Assembly (NCBI GenBank): GCA_965218795.1
Contig: OZ244653.1
Span: 4,000,001 to 4,064,000 of the forward strand
DNA: 64,000 bases
Source: a bacterium
GTDB lineage: Bacteria; UBA8248; JACPRG01; G963555815
Direction of reading: 5' to 3'
Shown here: positions 19,082 to 28,653 of the stretch, piece after piece
Position numbering within the stretch: position 1 is the stretch's first letter
How the letters are laid out: every line of letters starts with the position of its first letter
Translations under genes and position numbers: made by a program
Notes under the pieces: model-generated
Databases searched by the model: none
Told to the model about the DNA's origin: nothing
The model's input: the letters and a program-made list of their open reading frames with translations, nothing else

Positions 19082-20368
19082 ATGACTGAACATACTGAGC
19101 ATATCTCGGAACCGTGCTCGCAGCCGAACCAGTACGCTGTCGACTATGAAGCCGCCGACTCGGCGACGTTCGGCTTACCGCTACCTGCACACACGCTAAA
19201 CATTGATACTAAATCGCGAAGCAATCTTTTCCCATGGCGCGGGCAGTTCTCGCCCCAGTTGGTCGAGGCACTACTGAATGCATATGCTGTGCCTGGAGCT
19301 GTAGTACTAGACCCATTTATGGGCAGCGGGACTGTTCTCGTCGAATCTGCCCGGCTTGTCCTGCCTGTCTACGGTTGCGAGGTTAATCCAGCCGCATTCC
19401 TTCTTGCGCGACTCTACGAGTTCTGCAACCTGGACGCCGCCACACGGCGCAATCTGCTGTACGAGGCCGAAGCGATCCTCGCCTGTGCACGTCCTGCCGT
19501 TGTCGAGCTACCTTTGTTTCAAACGGAGGCACGTGCGCCGTCTCACAATAGTCTTGACTGGATTCGATCTACCTCTGATCGTCACGTTCGGATGCTTCTT
19601 GAGGCATTGGTCGTCCTTGCCGATGGCAGTGCTGACAGGGATGACACATATGCTAATAAGTGGTTCACTATTCGAAGCATTGTTTTTTCTTTGCCGTTCA
19701 CTAAGACTCCAGTGCGTGCTTCGTTGGGAGATGCACGGTCGTTACCCCTTCCCGATAATTCCATCGACTTTGTGCTATCGTCTCCTCCTTACATCAATGT
19801 TTTTAACTATCATCATAATTTGAGGGCTGGCGTCGAATCGCTTGGATGGAACCCGCTTTTAGTCTCGCGCTCCGAGATCGGAGCAAATCGCAAGTTTCGA
19901 CAGAACCGATTCCTCACTGTGATCCAATACTGCATAGATATGGCTCTTACGCTCGCCGAGCTACATCGGGTATGTAATGATGATGCCCGCATTCTTCTAA
20001 TCCTTGGAAGAGAGTCTAATGTCCACAAGACAGCCTTCTATAACGGTCGAATTCTGGAGAGTCTCGCTACCGAGGCACTTGACTTCTGCATTCACCTGAA
20101 GCAAGAGCGAGTGTTCGCCAACAGGTTTGGGAAGAATATTTATGAAGATATTTTACATCTGTCGCCGCCTTCAAGTTCTCGATCAAAAAAGTCAATCGTT
20201 GACGACGCAAGATGTATAGGTAAGGATATTCTCTCGAAGGCAATGGATCGATCTCCAAGAGATCGAAGGCACTATTTGCGAGATGCTATAAGTCGAGTAG
20301 ACCAAGTTGATGTATCACCAATCCTGAAAGCGACCGCTGTGCTCAGGGATTTCTCAGGAGATTCTTGA
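19082..20368 (+). CDS. DNA methyltransferase (amino-type, probably m4C)
   Basis: Motif I VLDPFMGSGT before motif IV SSPPY; coupled to the REase by a TGATG overlap. Confidence 0.9.
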   Translation: MTEHTEHISEPCSQPNQYAVDYEAADSATFGLPLPAHTLNIDTKSRSNLFPWRGQFSPQLVEALLNAYAVPGAVVLDPFMGSGTVLVESARLVLPVYGCEVNPAAFLLARLYEFCNLDAATRRNLLYEAEAILACARPAVVELPLFQTEARAPSHNSLDWIRSTSDRHVRMLLEALVVLADGSADRDDTYANKWFTIRSIVFSLPFTKTPVRASLGDARSLPLPDNSIDFVLSSPPYINVFNYHHNLRAGVESLGWNPLLVSRSEIGANRKFRQNRFLTVIQYCIDMALTLAELHRVCNDDARILLILGRESNVHKTAFYNGRILESLATEALDFCIHLKQERVFANRFGKNIYEDILHLSPPSSSRSKKSIVDDARCIGKDILSKAMDRSPRDRRHYLRDAISRVDQVDVSPILKATAVLRDFSGDS

Positions 20369-21279
20369 TGGCGGATCTCCCCACGCCTCATGGCGATAAG
20401 CTGGAAGCGCTGCTGCGGAACAATAAGCTACCAAGTGGCGATCGTGAGCAGATTGAACGTGCAATCAAACGTTACCGGAAATGGCTTACATCGCTGACGA
20501 GTATTCCAGCTAGTGGGGATAACGTCACCGAACTTGTTTACCTCTTGAACGAATACCGCTTGTTTCTCGATCTTGAAGTTGTATTCGATAGCCAGGATGA
20601 TTTCCTCTACCGACAAAAAGGCCAGCTTAAACTCGACAATTCGGTGATAGAAGAATATTTGCCACATCTGGTATCCTGCGCAATGCCTCAGATGCCTACG
20701 AGTTTTTCTATCGGTCCGCAGCCGTGTTTCGCAGCGATATATTTTACTTCGACCATAGGCGTGGAGATCGGCTCTCCAGGTGCTCGTGTGCGGATGAAGG
20801 ACCAAGACTTCACCATCTCAAAGCGACTTTATCTGAGAGCTTCATTTCATCCCGATCATGTCGAAGGCGTGGAGCACGTGGAGGCCAATCTGGGATACCT
20901 TTGCGCCGAATGCAAGACGAACTTGGACAAGACCATGTTTCAGGAGGCTTGCGCAACAGCGCACGATTTGAAGATAGCGGTTCCAGGTGCGAAATATCTA
21001 CTTCTCTGTGAGTGGCTCGACATGACACCGATTAGCACGACAGGAACAGACATCGACGAAGCACTTATCCTCCGAAAAGCGAAGCGGCTTGGATCTCAGC
21101 TCCGCAGCGGATTCGCCACGCGAGACGGACGGGCTGTCCGACGGGCTGAGTACGCTCAATACCTCAAAGACCATCCACTTGCCCCTGATGTTTTCGAGCG
21201 GTTCCTTTCACACGTAAGAGGCTTGCTCGAAGAGCGGGCACCGGACGAGAGTGATACGCTGGAACGAGGCTACTTCTGA
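20368..21279 (+). CDS. Bpu10I-family type II restriction endonuclease
   Basis: PHGDKL...FLYRQKGQLKLDNSVIEE...KDQDF...AECKTNLDKTMFQEA...LCEWLDM. Confidence 0.88.
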   Translation: MADLPTPHGDKLEALLRNNKLPSGDREQIERAIKRYRKWLTSLTSIPASGDNVTELVYLLNEYRLFLDLEVVFDSQDDFLYRQKGQLKLDNSVIEEYLPHLVSCAMPQMPTSFSIGPQPCFAAIYFTSTIGVEIGSPGARVRMKDQDFTISKRLYLRASFHPDHVEGVEHVEANLGYLCAECKTNLDKTMFQEACATAHDLKIAVPGAKYLLLCEWLDMTPISTTGTDIDEALILRKAKRLGSQLRSGFATRDGRAVRRAEYAQYLKDHPLAPDVFERFLSHVRGLLEERAPDESDTLERGYF

Positions 21280-21324
21280 TGTGATACTTCCAAGGAACGC
21301 TCTGGACGCGCTCACGCTGGAAGT

Positions 21325-21552
21325 GGCGAGACGACCTTCGACATTTATCTCAACGGCGATGCCTTCTGGCGCAACGTCCCCGCCGCCGTCTGGACCTACA
21401 GGCTTGGCGGCTATCAGGTTCTCAAGAAATGGCTCTCCTACCGCGAACGCGATATCCTCGGCCGCCCGCTGCGTCCCGAGGATATCCAGCATTTCACGGA
21501 TACGACGGGTCGGGTCGGGGCTCTATTGCTGGCAACGGCTTTCCCAGGATAG
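21325..21552 (+). pseudogene. C-terminal remnant of Type ISP-like RM enzyme (specificity domain)
   Basis: Unlisted frame GETTFDIYLNGDAFWRNVPAAVWTYRLGGYQVLKKWLSYRE...; no start codon. Confidence 0.75.
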
Positions 21553-21587
21553 GCGTTTCACATAAAAGCAAGCCGTAGGGTAACGAG

Positions 21588-22469
21588 ATGCAACAGCATT
21601 CCATCGATCCTGATACTGCCATGGAGCACTATTTTAATACTGTCATGAAGCGCTATCTTAAGAATTTGGATCCCATGTCCCTTAGACGACGGATAGGGAA
21701 ATTTTGGGAACACGATTTCGAGAGAATGACTTATGCCGATGTGTCCAACGCCATTAATGGCGTTCTGATGGTAAGGGGAGAATTCGTCGTTCCTATGAAT
21801 ATAAGGACGGTCTCGCCTGGAACGAAACTTTTTCGCGTTCGCCACGTTTCCAAAGATATTGTTCCTTGTAATAGAGACTGTTGGGCTCCTCCGAAAGAGA
21901 AAACGCCAAGCGGTCGTATCAATCAAGAAGGAGTACCATGGCTCTATACGTCACTTGATCCCTCTAGCGTCTTCTCGGAAATGCCGATACCGAGCGGAAA
22001 GATTGCAATGCTGATCTTATACAAAGCTATTGAAGAAATAAAATGTTCGTCCTCGGAATTTGATGATCAAAACAAGATGAATATGACGAGAAGAGAACTG
22101 AATAGACTCCGTTTGACTACGAACTTTCTTCGTGATTTGCTTTCCATTGAGATCGACAAGGGAAAAGAATATTCATACAAAATAAGTCAGTCTCTTGTCA
22201 TCGATCTTGTGGATTATCCTATGTGCACGGCCGTTTATTACCCTGCCGTTAATGCGCTTGGATATCATGTCGCAATAAAGGGTCAAAATCAAAATAAAGT
22301 GAAATTGTCATCTGTGAAGATAATCGACAATGTTAGTTTTTCAAACGACAACAAAAACTTGAATTATGAACTTCTCAGATCTTATGACGAAAATCTTGTA
22401 GAAAACACTCGGCGCACCAAAGACAAATTCACATTGAAATATATATGTACAGATAGGGTATTCCCCTGA
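21588..22469 (+). CDS. RES-domain protein
   Basis: LFRVR...WAPP...GRINQEGVPWLYTS...E...VYYP; markedly AT-rich. Confidence 0.7.
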   Translation: MQQHSIDPDTAMEHYFNTVMKRYLKNLDPMSLRRRIGKFWEHDFERMTYADVSNAINGVLMVRGEFVVPMNIRTVSPGTKLFRVRHVSKDIVPCNRDCWAPPKEKTPSGRINQEGVPWLYTSLDPSSVFSEMPIPSGKIAMLILYKAIEEIKCSSSEFDDQNKMNMTRRELNRLRLTTNFLRDLLSIEIDKGKEYSYKISQSLVIDLVDYPMCTAVYYPAVNALGYHVAIKGQNQNKVKLSSVKIIDNVSFSNDNKNLNYELLRSYDENLVENTRRTKDKFTLKYICTDRVFP

Positions 22470-22600
22470 CAGTCTCCGCCGCCTCGACGAGGTGCCCGTC
22501 GGCGAGATGGGGGTAACCGGTGGTGGTCCGATCCCGGCGGTGGCCGAGCAGCTTGCCGACAAGCGGCAGGTTCTTGCCGGACATGACGGGTGGGGAGGTT
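22470..22600 (-). pseudogene. Tyrosine integrase C-terminal remnant
   Basis: MSGKNLPLVGKLLGHRRDRTTTGYPHLADGHLVEAAE = LLGH...TxxY box II. Confidence 0.75.
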
Positions 22601-22613
22601 CGAGAGCGCATGC

Positions 22614-22668
22614 CCGTCATTCCTGCCCCCGATAGAAGCCTTCGGGGACAGGCTGCGGCAGGAATCCA
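22614..22668. repeat. REP-like repeat, left arm
   Basis: CCGTCATTCCTGCC...AAGCCTTCGGGGACAGG...GGCAGGAATCCA. Confidence 0.7.
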
Positions 22669-22756
22669 TGGGTTGGAGCCCCGGTTTTGGTACACCCTGA
22701 CGGGTTTTTTTTGATCGCCCGAAACCCTTAAAAACAAAATAAAAACGAAAAATCCC

Positions 22757-22785
22757 TTGACAGGTTGTGGCAAAGGGTCCATATT
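22757..22785 (+). promoter_or_regulatory. Sigma-70 promoter with A-tract UP element
   Basis: TTGACA-17nt-CATATT preceded by A-tracts. Confidence 0.7.
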
Positions 22786-22791
22786 ACTGCG

Positions 22792-22898
22792 TAAGTTCAG
22801 CAAAAGTATATGGAACCGGGGAGATGAGAGAAACGCCGGTCCATGCCTGAACCGAAGGCCCCGGGGGAAAGAATATTCTCCGCCGGGGCTTTTTGTTT
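22792..22898 (+). ncRNA. Candidate small RNA (~105 nt)
   Basis: Promoter, long interrupted hairpin 22795-22852, intrinsic terminator AGGCCCCGG...CCGGGGCTTTTTGTTT; no credible ORF. Confidence 0.5.
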
Positions 22899-22917
22899 GG
22901 GCAAGAGCATGGACTTT

Positions 22918-22972
22918 CTGGATTCCCGCTTTCGACGCAAGCCTTCGGGGATAGGCTTTTGGGGCATGACGG
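22918..22972. repeat. REP-like repeat, right arm
   Basis: CTGGATTCCCGC...AAGCCTTCGGGGATAGG...GGCATGACGG. Confidence 0.7.
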
Positions 22973-23091
22973 AGGGGGAGGTTTGTCGGGCCGGGCGACC
23001 GGTGGTCAGGAGAGGAAGCGGACGCGGCGGCGGTTGGACAAGGAAGCTGCTCGGCGGGAGCGGGTCGGGGAGAGCCGTAACGCTTACACCC

Positions 23092-25404
23092 CTAAGCCCC
23101 CCTCTCTTCCTGAAGGCTCTGAAGCGCCGCGTAGACCTTCTCGGAAGTCATCGGCAGGTCGTAGAGACGGACCCCGCAGGCGTCGTAAATGGCGTTGGCG
23201 ATGGCCGCCGCGGTCGGGGCGAGTCCCGGCTCGCCGAGCCCTTTCGCGCCATAGGGGCCTTCTGCATGAGGCACCTCGATCACCAGGGGCGTAAATTTGG
23301 GGCAATCGAGGGCGGTCGGAATCTTGTAGTCGGCCATGGTCCCGTTGATACACTCGCCACCGTCGAACTGGAGTTCCTCGGACAGGGCGTATCCGAGGCC
23401 CGTGGCCAGCGCCCCTTCGATTTGCCCCTCGCATGCAATCGGATTGAGGGCCTTCCCCACGTCATGCGCGCCGACCAGCTTCGTGACGACGACATCCCCC
23501 GTGTCGAGGTCTACCTCCACCTCGGCCGCCTGCGCCGCGTGCAGCCAGAAGGGCGTGGGCTTGGCGCCGTGACCCATCTCGTCCAGGTGGGTGACTTCGT
23601 AGGTGTGGGCGCCGGTGCCCATGATGGGCGTCCCCTTGCCACCCTGACGGTGGTTTCCCATATGGACCTCTGAAATCGGTATCCCGTTCTCGGGATCGCT
23701 CTTGAACCGGATCGTCCCGTCGCGGATGAACAGATCCTCCGGACGCGCTTCCAGTTGATCGGCGGCGCGCTCGATCAACTGGTCTCTTGCGTCAATGGCG
23801 GCTCTTCGGACGGCCGTTCCCATGATGAAGGTCACGCGGCTGGCCGCGGTTCCCCAGTCGAACGGCCCGACGTCGGTGTCCGCACTCGCCATGACGACAT
23901 CCTTCGGGCGGACGCCCAGCTCCTCTGCCACGATTTGGCCGAGCATGGTGTTGGAGCCCTGGCCGCAGTCCACCGCGGCCACCTGGACGTTCACCGTCCC
24001 GTCCTCGTTGATCTTGAGCGTGGCGCCCGATGCGAACGTCGTCACCGATTTCTGCATGATGGCGATGCCGCGTCCGCGGCGGATGCGGCCGTTGTGCGTC
24101 CGCTTCCGCGGCCAGTCGATGGACTGGAACGCCGCCTCCAGACAGGCCTCCACGCCAACGCTTTCCAGCCTTTCGCCCGTCCAATTGACGTCGCCCTCGC
24201 GGAAGCAGTTCTTCCTTCGGAACTCGACGGGGTCCAAGCCGAGCTGTCCGGCCAGCTCCTCGGTATGAACCTCATGCGCCCAGCAGACCTGCGGGACGCC
24301 GAATCCCCGGAACGCCCCGCTGACGGGTTTGTTCGTATAAACGGTGAAGCCGTCGATCCAGACGTTTGGAACTCGATAGGGACCCGGCGAGGCATAGCTG
24401 CCGTTCTTGGTGACCATGATGCCGCGCTCATTGAAGGCGCCGGTGTCCATCACCACCGTGCACTTGCGGGCCGCCAGCGTGCCGTCCTTCTTGACCCCTG
24501 AGCGGATTGTGGTGATGGAGGGATGGCGGAGCGATGTCGCCTGGAAGGATTCCTCCCGAGTGAACTGGACCTTGACCGGCGCGCCGTCCGCCTTCATGGC
24601 CAGGGCCACGGTCTCGGGTTGCCCCTGGAAGTGTTTTCCGCCGAAGCCGCCGCCGACGTACGTGGCCTGGACCCGAACCTTGCTCATCGGAAGACCCAGA
24701 CTTTCCGAAAGCTTCAGTCTGGACAGGTAGGTGGTTTGGGTGTCGGCCCAGAGATTGAGGCGGCCGTCCCTGGTGTACTGGGCCACATGGGCGTTGGGCT
24801 CCATGTAGACGTGATGGACCGCGGGCGTCCGGTAGGTCCCCTCGTACACGTGGTCGCTTTCCTGAAAGCCTTGATCGACGTCGCCCGTCCTGACCTTGAA
24901 GTGGTACGCCTTGTTGGTTCCGGGGGCGGGCTGGAAGCCCTCCGAGCAGACGTAGCCGCCCATTTCCGGGTGGATGAGGAATGCTTCTTCCTTCATCGAT
25001 TCCAGAGGATCGAAGTGCGCGGGCAGAGGCTCATAGTCGACGCGGATCAACTCCAACGCCTCCATGGCCGTATCCAGATCAACGGCGGCGACCCCGGCGA
25101 CGGGCTCGCCGACGTAACGCACCCGGTCCAGGGCCAGATAAGTCTGATCCCGCAAAAGAATCCCGAAGCGCACCGGGTAATCCTGCCCGGTCGCAACGGC
25201 GCGCACGCCCCGCAGGCGTTCCGCCCGCGAGGTATCAATGTTCAGGATTTTCGCGTGAGGGTGCCGGCTCCGGAGGTACTTGCCTGTCAACATGCCCGGC
25301 AGCGCGAAGTCGGTCCCGTACACGGCCTGGCCCGTGGACTTCAGAAACCCGTCCACGTTGGATTGGTCCGTCCCGACCACGGTCAAATTTCCGTATTCAT
25401 CCAT
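23092..25404 (-). CDS. Xanthine dehydrogenase-family molybdopterin-binding subunit
   Basis: VGGGFGGK, AFRGFG, DCGQG, GQIEGA, AKGLGEP. Confidence 0.95.
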   Translation of the reverse strand: MDEYGNLTVVGTDQSNVDGFLKSTGQAVYGTDFALPGMLTGKYLRSRHPHAKILNIDTSRAERLRGVRAVATGQDYPVRFGILLRDQTYLALDRVRYVGEPVAGVAAVDLDTAMEALELIRVDYEPLPAHFDPLESMKEEAFLIHPEMGGYVCSEGFQPAPGTNKAYHFKVRTGDVDQGFQESDHVYEGTYRTPAVHHVYMEPNAHVAQYTRDGRLNLWADTQTTYLSRLKLSESLGLPMSKVRVQATYVGGGFGGKHFQGQPETVALAMKADGAPVKVQFTREESFQATSLRHPSITTIRSGVKKDGTLAARKCTVVMDTGAFNERGIMVTKNGSYASPGPYRVPNVWIDGFTVYTNKPVSGAFRGFGVPQVCWAHEVHTEELAGQLGLDPVEFRRKNCFREGDVNWTGERLESVGVEACLEAAFQSIDWPRKRTHNGRIRRGRGIAIMQKSVTTFASGATLKINEDGTVNVQVAAVDCGQGSNTMLGQIVAEELGVRPKDVVMASADTDVGPFDWGTAASRVTFIMGTAVRRAAIDARDQLIERAADQLEARPEDLFIRDGTIRFKSDPENGIPISEVHMGNHRQGGKGTPIMGTGAHTYEVTHLDEMGHGAKPTPFWLHAAQAAEVEVDLDTGDVVVTKLVGAHDVGKALNPIACEGQIEGALATGLGYALSEELQFDGGECINGTMADYKIPTALDCPKFTPLVIEVPHAEGPYGAKGLGEPGLAPTAAAIANAIYDACGVRLYDLPMTSEKVYAALQSLQEERGA

Positions 25405-25522
25405 TCCGAAATTCCCGAAGGGTTGGGGTGCGTCTCATATGGGTGATCCAGTGCCAACGATAGATTATACACTCCCGGAAGAGCTACACCATTCGCCTGC
25501 CGAATCGAGCCTGAAGGCCGCT

Positions 25523-26386
25523 TCATCCTCCCCGCGAAGCCGCAACCAGGACGACGCCGATGAAGACGGCGATGGCTCCCACGACCAACCGATGGTTGAC
25601 CTGCTCCAGCCGCTGCACGAACAGGCGGGAGATCAGAATGGAAAAGAGGGGCGAAGTATACACCAGAGGCATGACGAAGCTGATCGAATGGGTCTGGAGG
25701 GCCTGGTAATAGGTCAGGTAGGCCGCGGCATATGTGAGTCCCGCCAGTATGAACATCCAAATCGCGCGTCCATCGCCCCGCCACCGGGAGTCGATCGGGA
25801 TCGTGGAGCTGCACAGCACCAAGGCGACCAACGCGGAGGTCGTCAGGATTGCGCTCCCGAATATGGCGTCGGGAAGCGCCTGGATGCCCAATCGCATGAA
25901 GACGGGCATCAGCGTGAAGAACAACGCCGGGATGAAACCAAAAAATGCCGCCGCGGTCGGGATCCGGGCGGCCGAGCGGTCGGCCAGCAGCGCAACCACT
26001 CCCCCGAAGATGAAGAAGGCCCCCAGGGGGATGTGCCAGGTGGGGGTTTCCCCCAGCAGGGTCACGCCGATCAGAATCCCGAAAAACGGTGAGACGGAAT
26101 TGAAGACGGCCGCCCGTGAGACCCCGAGGCGTCGGATGCTCGTGTAATAGAGTATTTTGCCCGGCGCTAGCGCCGCCGCGCCCGTCAGGCAAAACCAGCC
26201 GATGGCCGGCCAGAGGGGACCCGGTTCGATACCGCGAACCCAGAGAATGAGTAACAGGGGAACGAGGGTACCCACCGAACTGACCGTGGCTCCAGTGTAA
26301 GGAGTCCCGGATCGAACGCCCAATCGGGTCAGGATATCGGCGAGTCCGAAGCAAAACCCGCTCAGGAGAGCCCAAAAGACGATCAT
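25523..26386 (-). CDS. EamA/DMT transporter
   Basis: About 10 TM, LGVSRA, LLGE, SPLFS. Confidence 0.88.
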   Translation of the reverse strand: MIVFWALLSGFCFGLADILTRLGVRSGTPYTGATVSSVGTLVPLLLILWVRGIEPGPLWPAIGWFCLTGAAALAPGKILYYTSIRRLGVSRAAVFNSVSPFFGILIGVTLLGETPTWHIPLGAFFIFGGVVALLADRSAARIPTAAAFFGFIPALFFTLMPVFMRLGIQALPDAIFGSAILTTSALVALVLCSSTIPIDSRWRGDGRAIWMFILAGLTYAAAYLTYYQALQTHSISFVMPLVYTSPLFSILISRLFVQRLEQVNHRLVVGAIAVFIGVVLVAASRGG

Positions 26387-26434
26387 GACTTCCCTTGTCC
26401 GGCACCCCATCCCTTCGACATGGGGGGTGAGAGG

Positions 26435-27298
26435 TCAACCGGCGCGGAACAGCGAGATGATGACAGCGCCGAAGAAGATTGCCACACCCCCCGCGCTCAG
26501 GCGCCAGGTGACTCGCTCCAGATTCTGCAAAAACACGCGAGCAATCAGAACGGATAAAAGCGGGGAGGTGAAAACCAAAGGCGTCACCAGGCTCACCTCC
26601 GCCCGCCCCAGCGCCTCGTAATACGTCACGAATGCGACCACAAAAATGAGACCGGCAATCCCGAAGCATACGAAAGACCGGCGGTCGGCCTTCCAGCGAT
26701 CTTCCCGGGGGATGGCGGGCTGAAGCGCCAGCAGAAAAATGATTCCGCCGACTCCTGAGATGAACGACCCCAGAATCGGGTCGGGGAGCGACTGCATCCC
26801 GACTCGCATGAACAGAGGCGTCAGGCCGAAAAAGAGGGTGGGCATGATTCCCCAGAAAAGCGCTTGGGGTGAAATGCGTATGCCCTTGGGATCCATGACC
26901 ATCCCCATCAACCCCCCGACAATGAGAAAGGCGCCGAGCACCACCGAGAGGGAGGGCCGCTCCCCCAGGAAGACGACTGCAAACAGCATGCCCACGAGGG
27001 GAGAGATATTGATGAGAACCGTGGCTCTTGCCACGCCGATCCGCCGGACGCTGGAGTAATAGAGGAGCCTTCCGGGTCCGGTCAGCAACAGCCCCATGGC
27101 GAAAAACCACCCGACGCCGGGCCAAAGCGCCCGGTCCGAGGGTTCCGCCAAAAAGACGGGAGCCGCGAAAACAACGATCATAACCATTCCGGAAATCACG
27201 GCGCCTGTGAACGGCGTCCCGGACCGGACGCCGATCCTGGTGAGCACATCGCCGATTCCAAAGGCAAGCGCGGAGATGAGTGCGAATAAAACGGCCAA
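26435..27298 (-). CDS. EamA/DMT transporter
   Basis: Paralogue of neighbours; TTG start with GAGGA RBS (alternative start 27388). Confidence 0.88.
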   Translation of the reverse strand: MAVLFALISALAFGIGDVLTRIGVRSGTPFTGAVISGMVMIVVFAAPVFLAEPSDRALWPGVGWFFAMGLLLTGPGRLLYYSSVRRIGVARATVLINISPLVGMLFAVVFLGERPSLSVVLGAFLIVGGLMGMVMDPKGIRISPQALFWGIMPTLFFGLTPLFMRVGMQSLPDPILGSFISGVGGIIFLLALQPAIPREDRWKADRRSFVCFGIAGLIFVVAFVTYYEALGRAEVSLVTPLVFTSPLLSVLIARVFLQNLERVTWRLSAGGVAIFFGAVIISLFRAG

Positions 27299-27465
27299 CG
27301 ATGTTCCTCGTTTTGGGAGAGTATTTCTTTGATTCAGCGCGCGCGTGTCGGGCGTCTCTGACGGAATCGACAACGGCGAGGCGGCCACTCAAGGAGGGAC
27401 CAGCCGCCTATTATGCCACTTCGATGCCGGATTGGAGGGCGGGCGGAGAAACCCCGTTTCCGGTC

Positions 27466-28340
27466 TCATGGAGTTTGCAGACTGAGCAGGACGACGCCTG
27501 CGACGAGCAACAGGCTCCCCATGATGATGGGAACCGTCAGCCGCTCCAGGTCGCGCAGGAAAACCGCGCTCAACATCAGCGTAAAAAGAGGCGTCGTTCC
27601 GGTGACGGGAGAGACGATCACCACCTCTCCGAATGTCAGCGCGATAAACAGCGTAGTCAATCCGACGGTCACAGCGACCCCCAGGCCGCCGAAGTACAAC
27701 CAGGCTTTCAAGGGGGGCGCGCCCTCGTCCGCCGGGCGTTTCATCCGCCAATACAGGAGCACCACGCAGAAGGAGACCGACGTGGAGACCCATGCCCCCG
27801 TGATTGCGTAGGGAAATCCGGAGAGCCCATAGCGGACCGCTACGTCCCGCATCGCCGTCAAGAACGTCCCTGCGAGGGGAAAAATCAAATCACGCCGGTG
27901 CCATAACGTCTCGCCCCGGGACTTTTTGGACAGGGAAAACCCCCCGGTGACAATCATGAGGATCCCAATGAGGTTGAGGACCGACGGAGTTTCTCCCAGC
28001 CATAGAATCGCGCCGAGGGTCGCCAGGAGGGGACCCGTCGCCCGGATGCTGGAGGAACGGGAGGCGCCCACCTTCTGTACGCTGAGAATCAGCAGAAGCC
28101 GGGAAAGCCCGGGGACGAACAATCCAATCGCACAGAAGACCAGCAGCCGCGGATCCCGCAGGACCTCCGGCGGGGTGACGGAAAGCGCCCAGGCCGTCAT
28201 CAGCACGAGGTTGACGCTGGTGGCGATGACGGTTCCCAGTTGAACGCTGCAGTAGCGGTTCCCGCGGCGGGCCAGGATGTACCCCGAGGAAAAAGTGATT
28301 GTCGAGATCAGCGTCCAGAGAACGGGGTTCCAGGGCGAGG
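27466..28340 (-). CDS. EamA/DMT transporter (start unclear)
   Basis: VGASRS, WLGETP, TPLFT...LERLT; no clean start codon near the expected N-terminus. Confidence 0.8.
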
Positions 28341-28571
28341 TGTGTCCCCTTTTGGATGGAATCGGCCCGCAGAGATTTCGAGATCTTCTTTGGATGGGGT
28401 ACGCATCGGCGCGGTGGAAGGTCGGCTTCGCTATCGGGCGCGCAGACCCGCCCGGACCTAAACACGCGGCGGAGGATAAAGTCAACGGCCGGGCGCGGCG
28501 TGAGGCGTGACCGGCCGGCAGTGATCACCGGGAGAGTCGAATCCCCTGACGGGCCGACGTTCCATTCTCTC

Positions 28572-28601
28572 TTGACAGGGGAGGAATCTCCATGTGGTAA
28601 T
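28572..28601 (+). promoter_or_regulatory. Sigma-70 promoter
   Basis: TTGACA...TGtGGTAAT (extended -10) ahead of the amidohydrolase. Confidence 0.5.
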
Positions 28602-28653
28602 TGCCGCCTCGACATCTCCACCCCCCATTCATTGCGTGAGGAGTGAGACGGCC

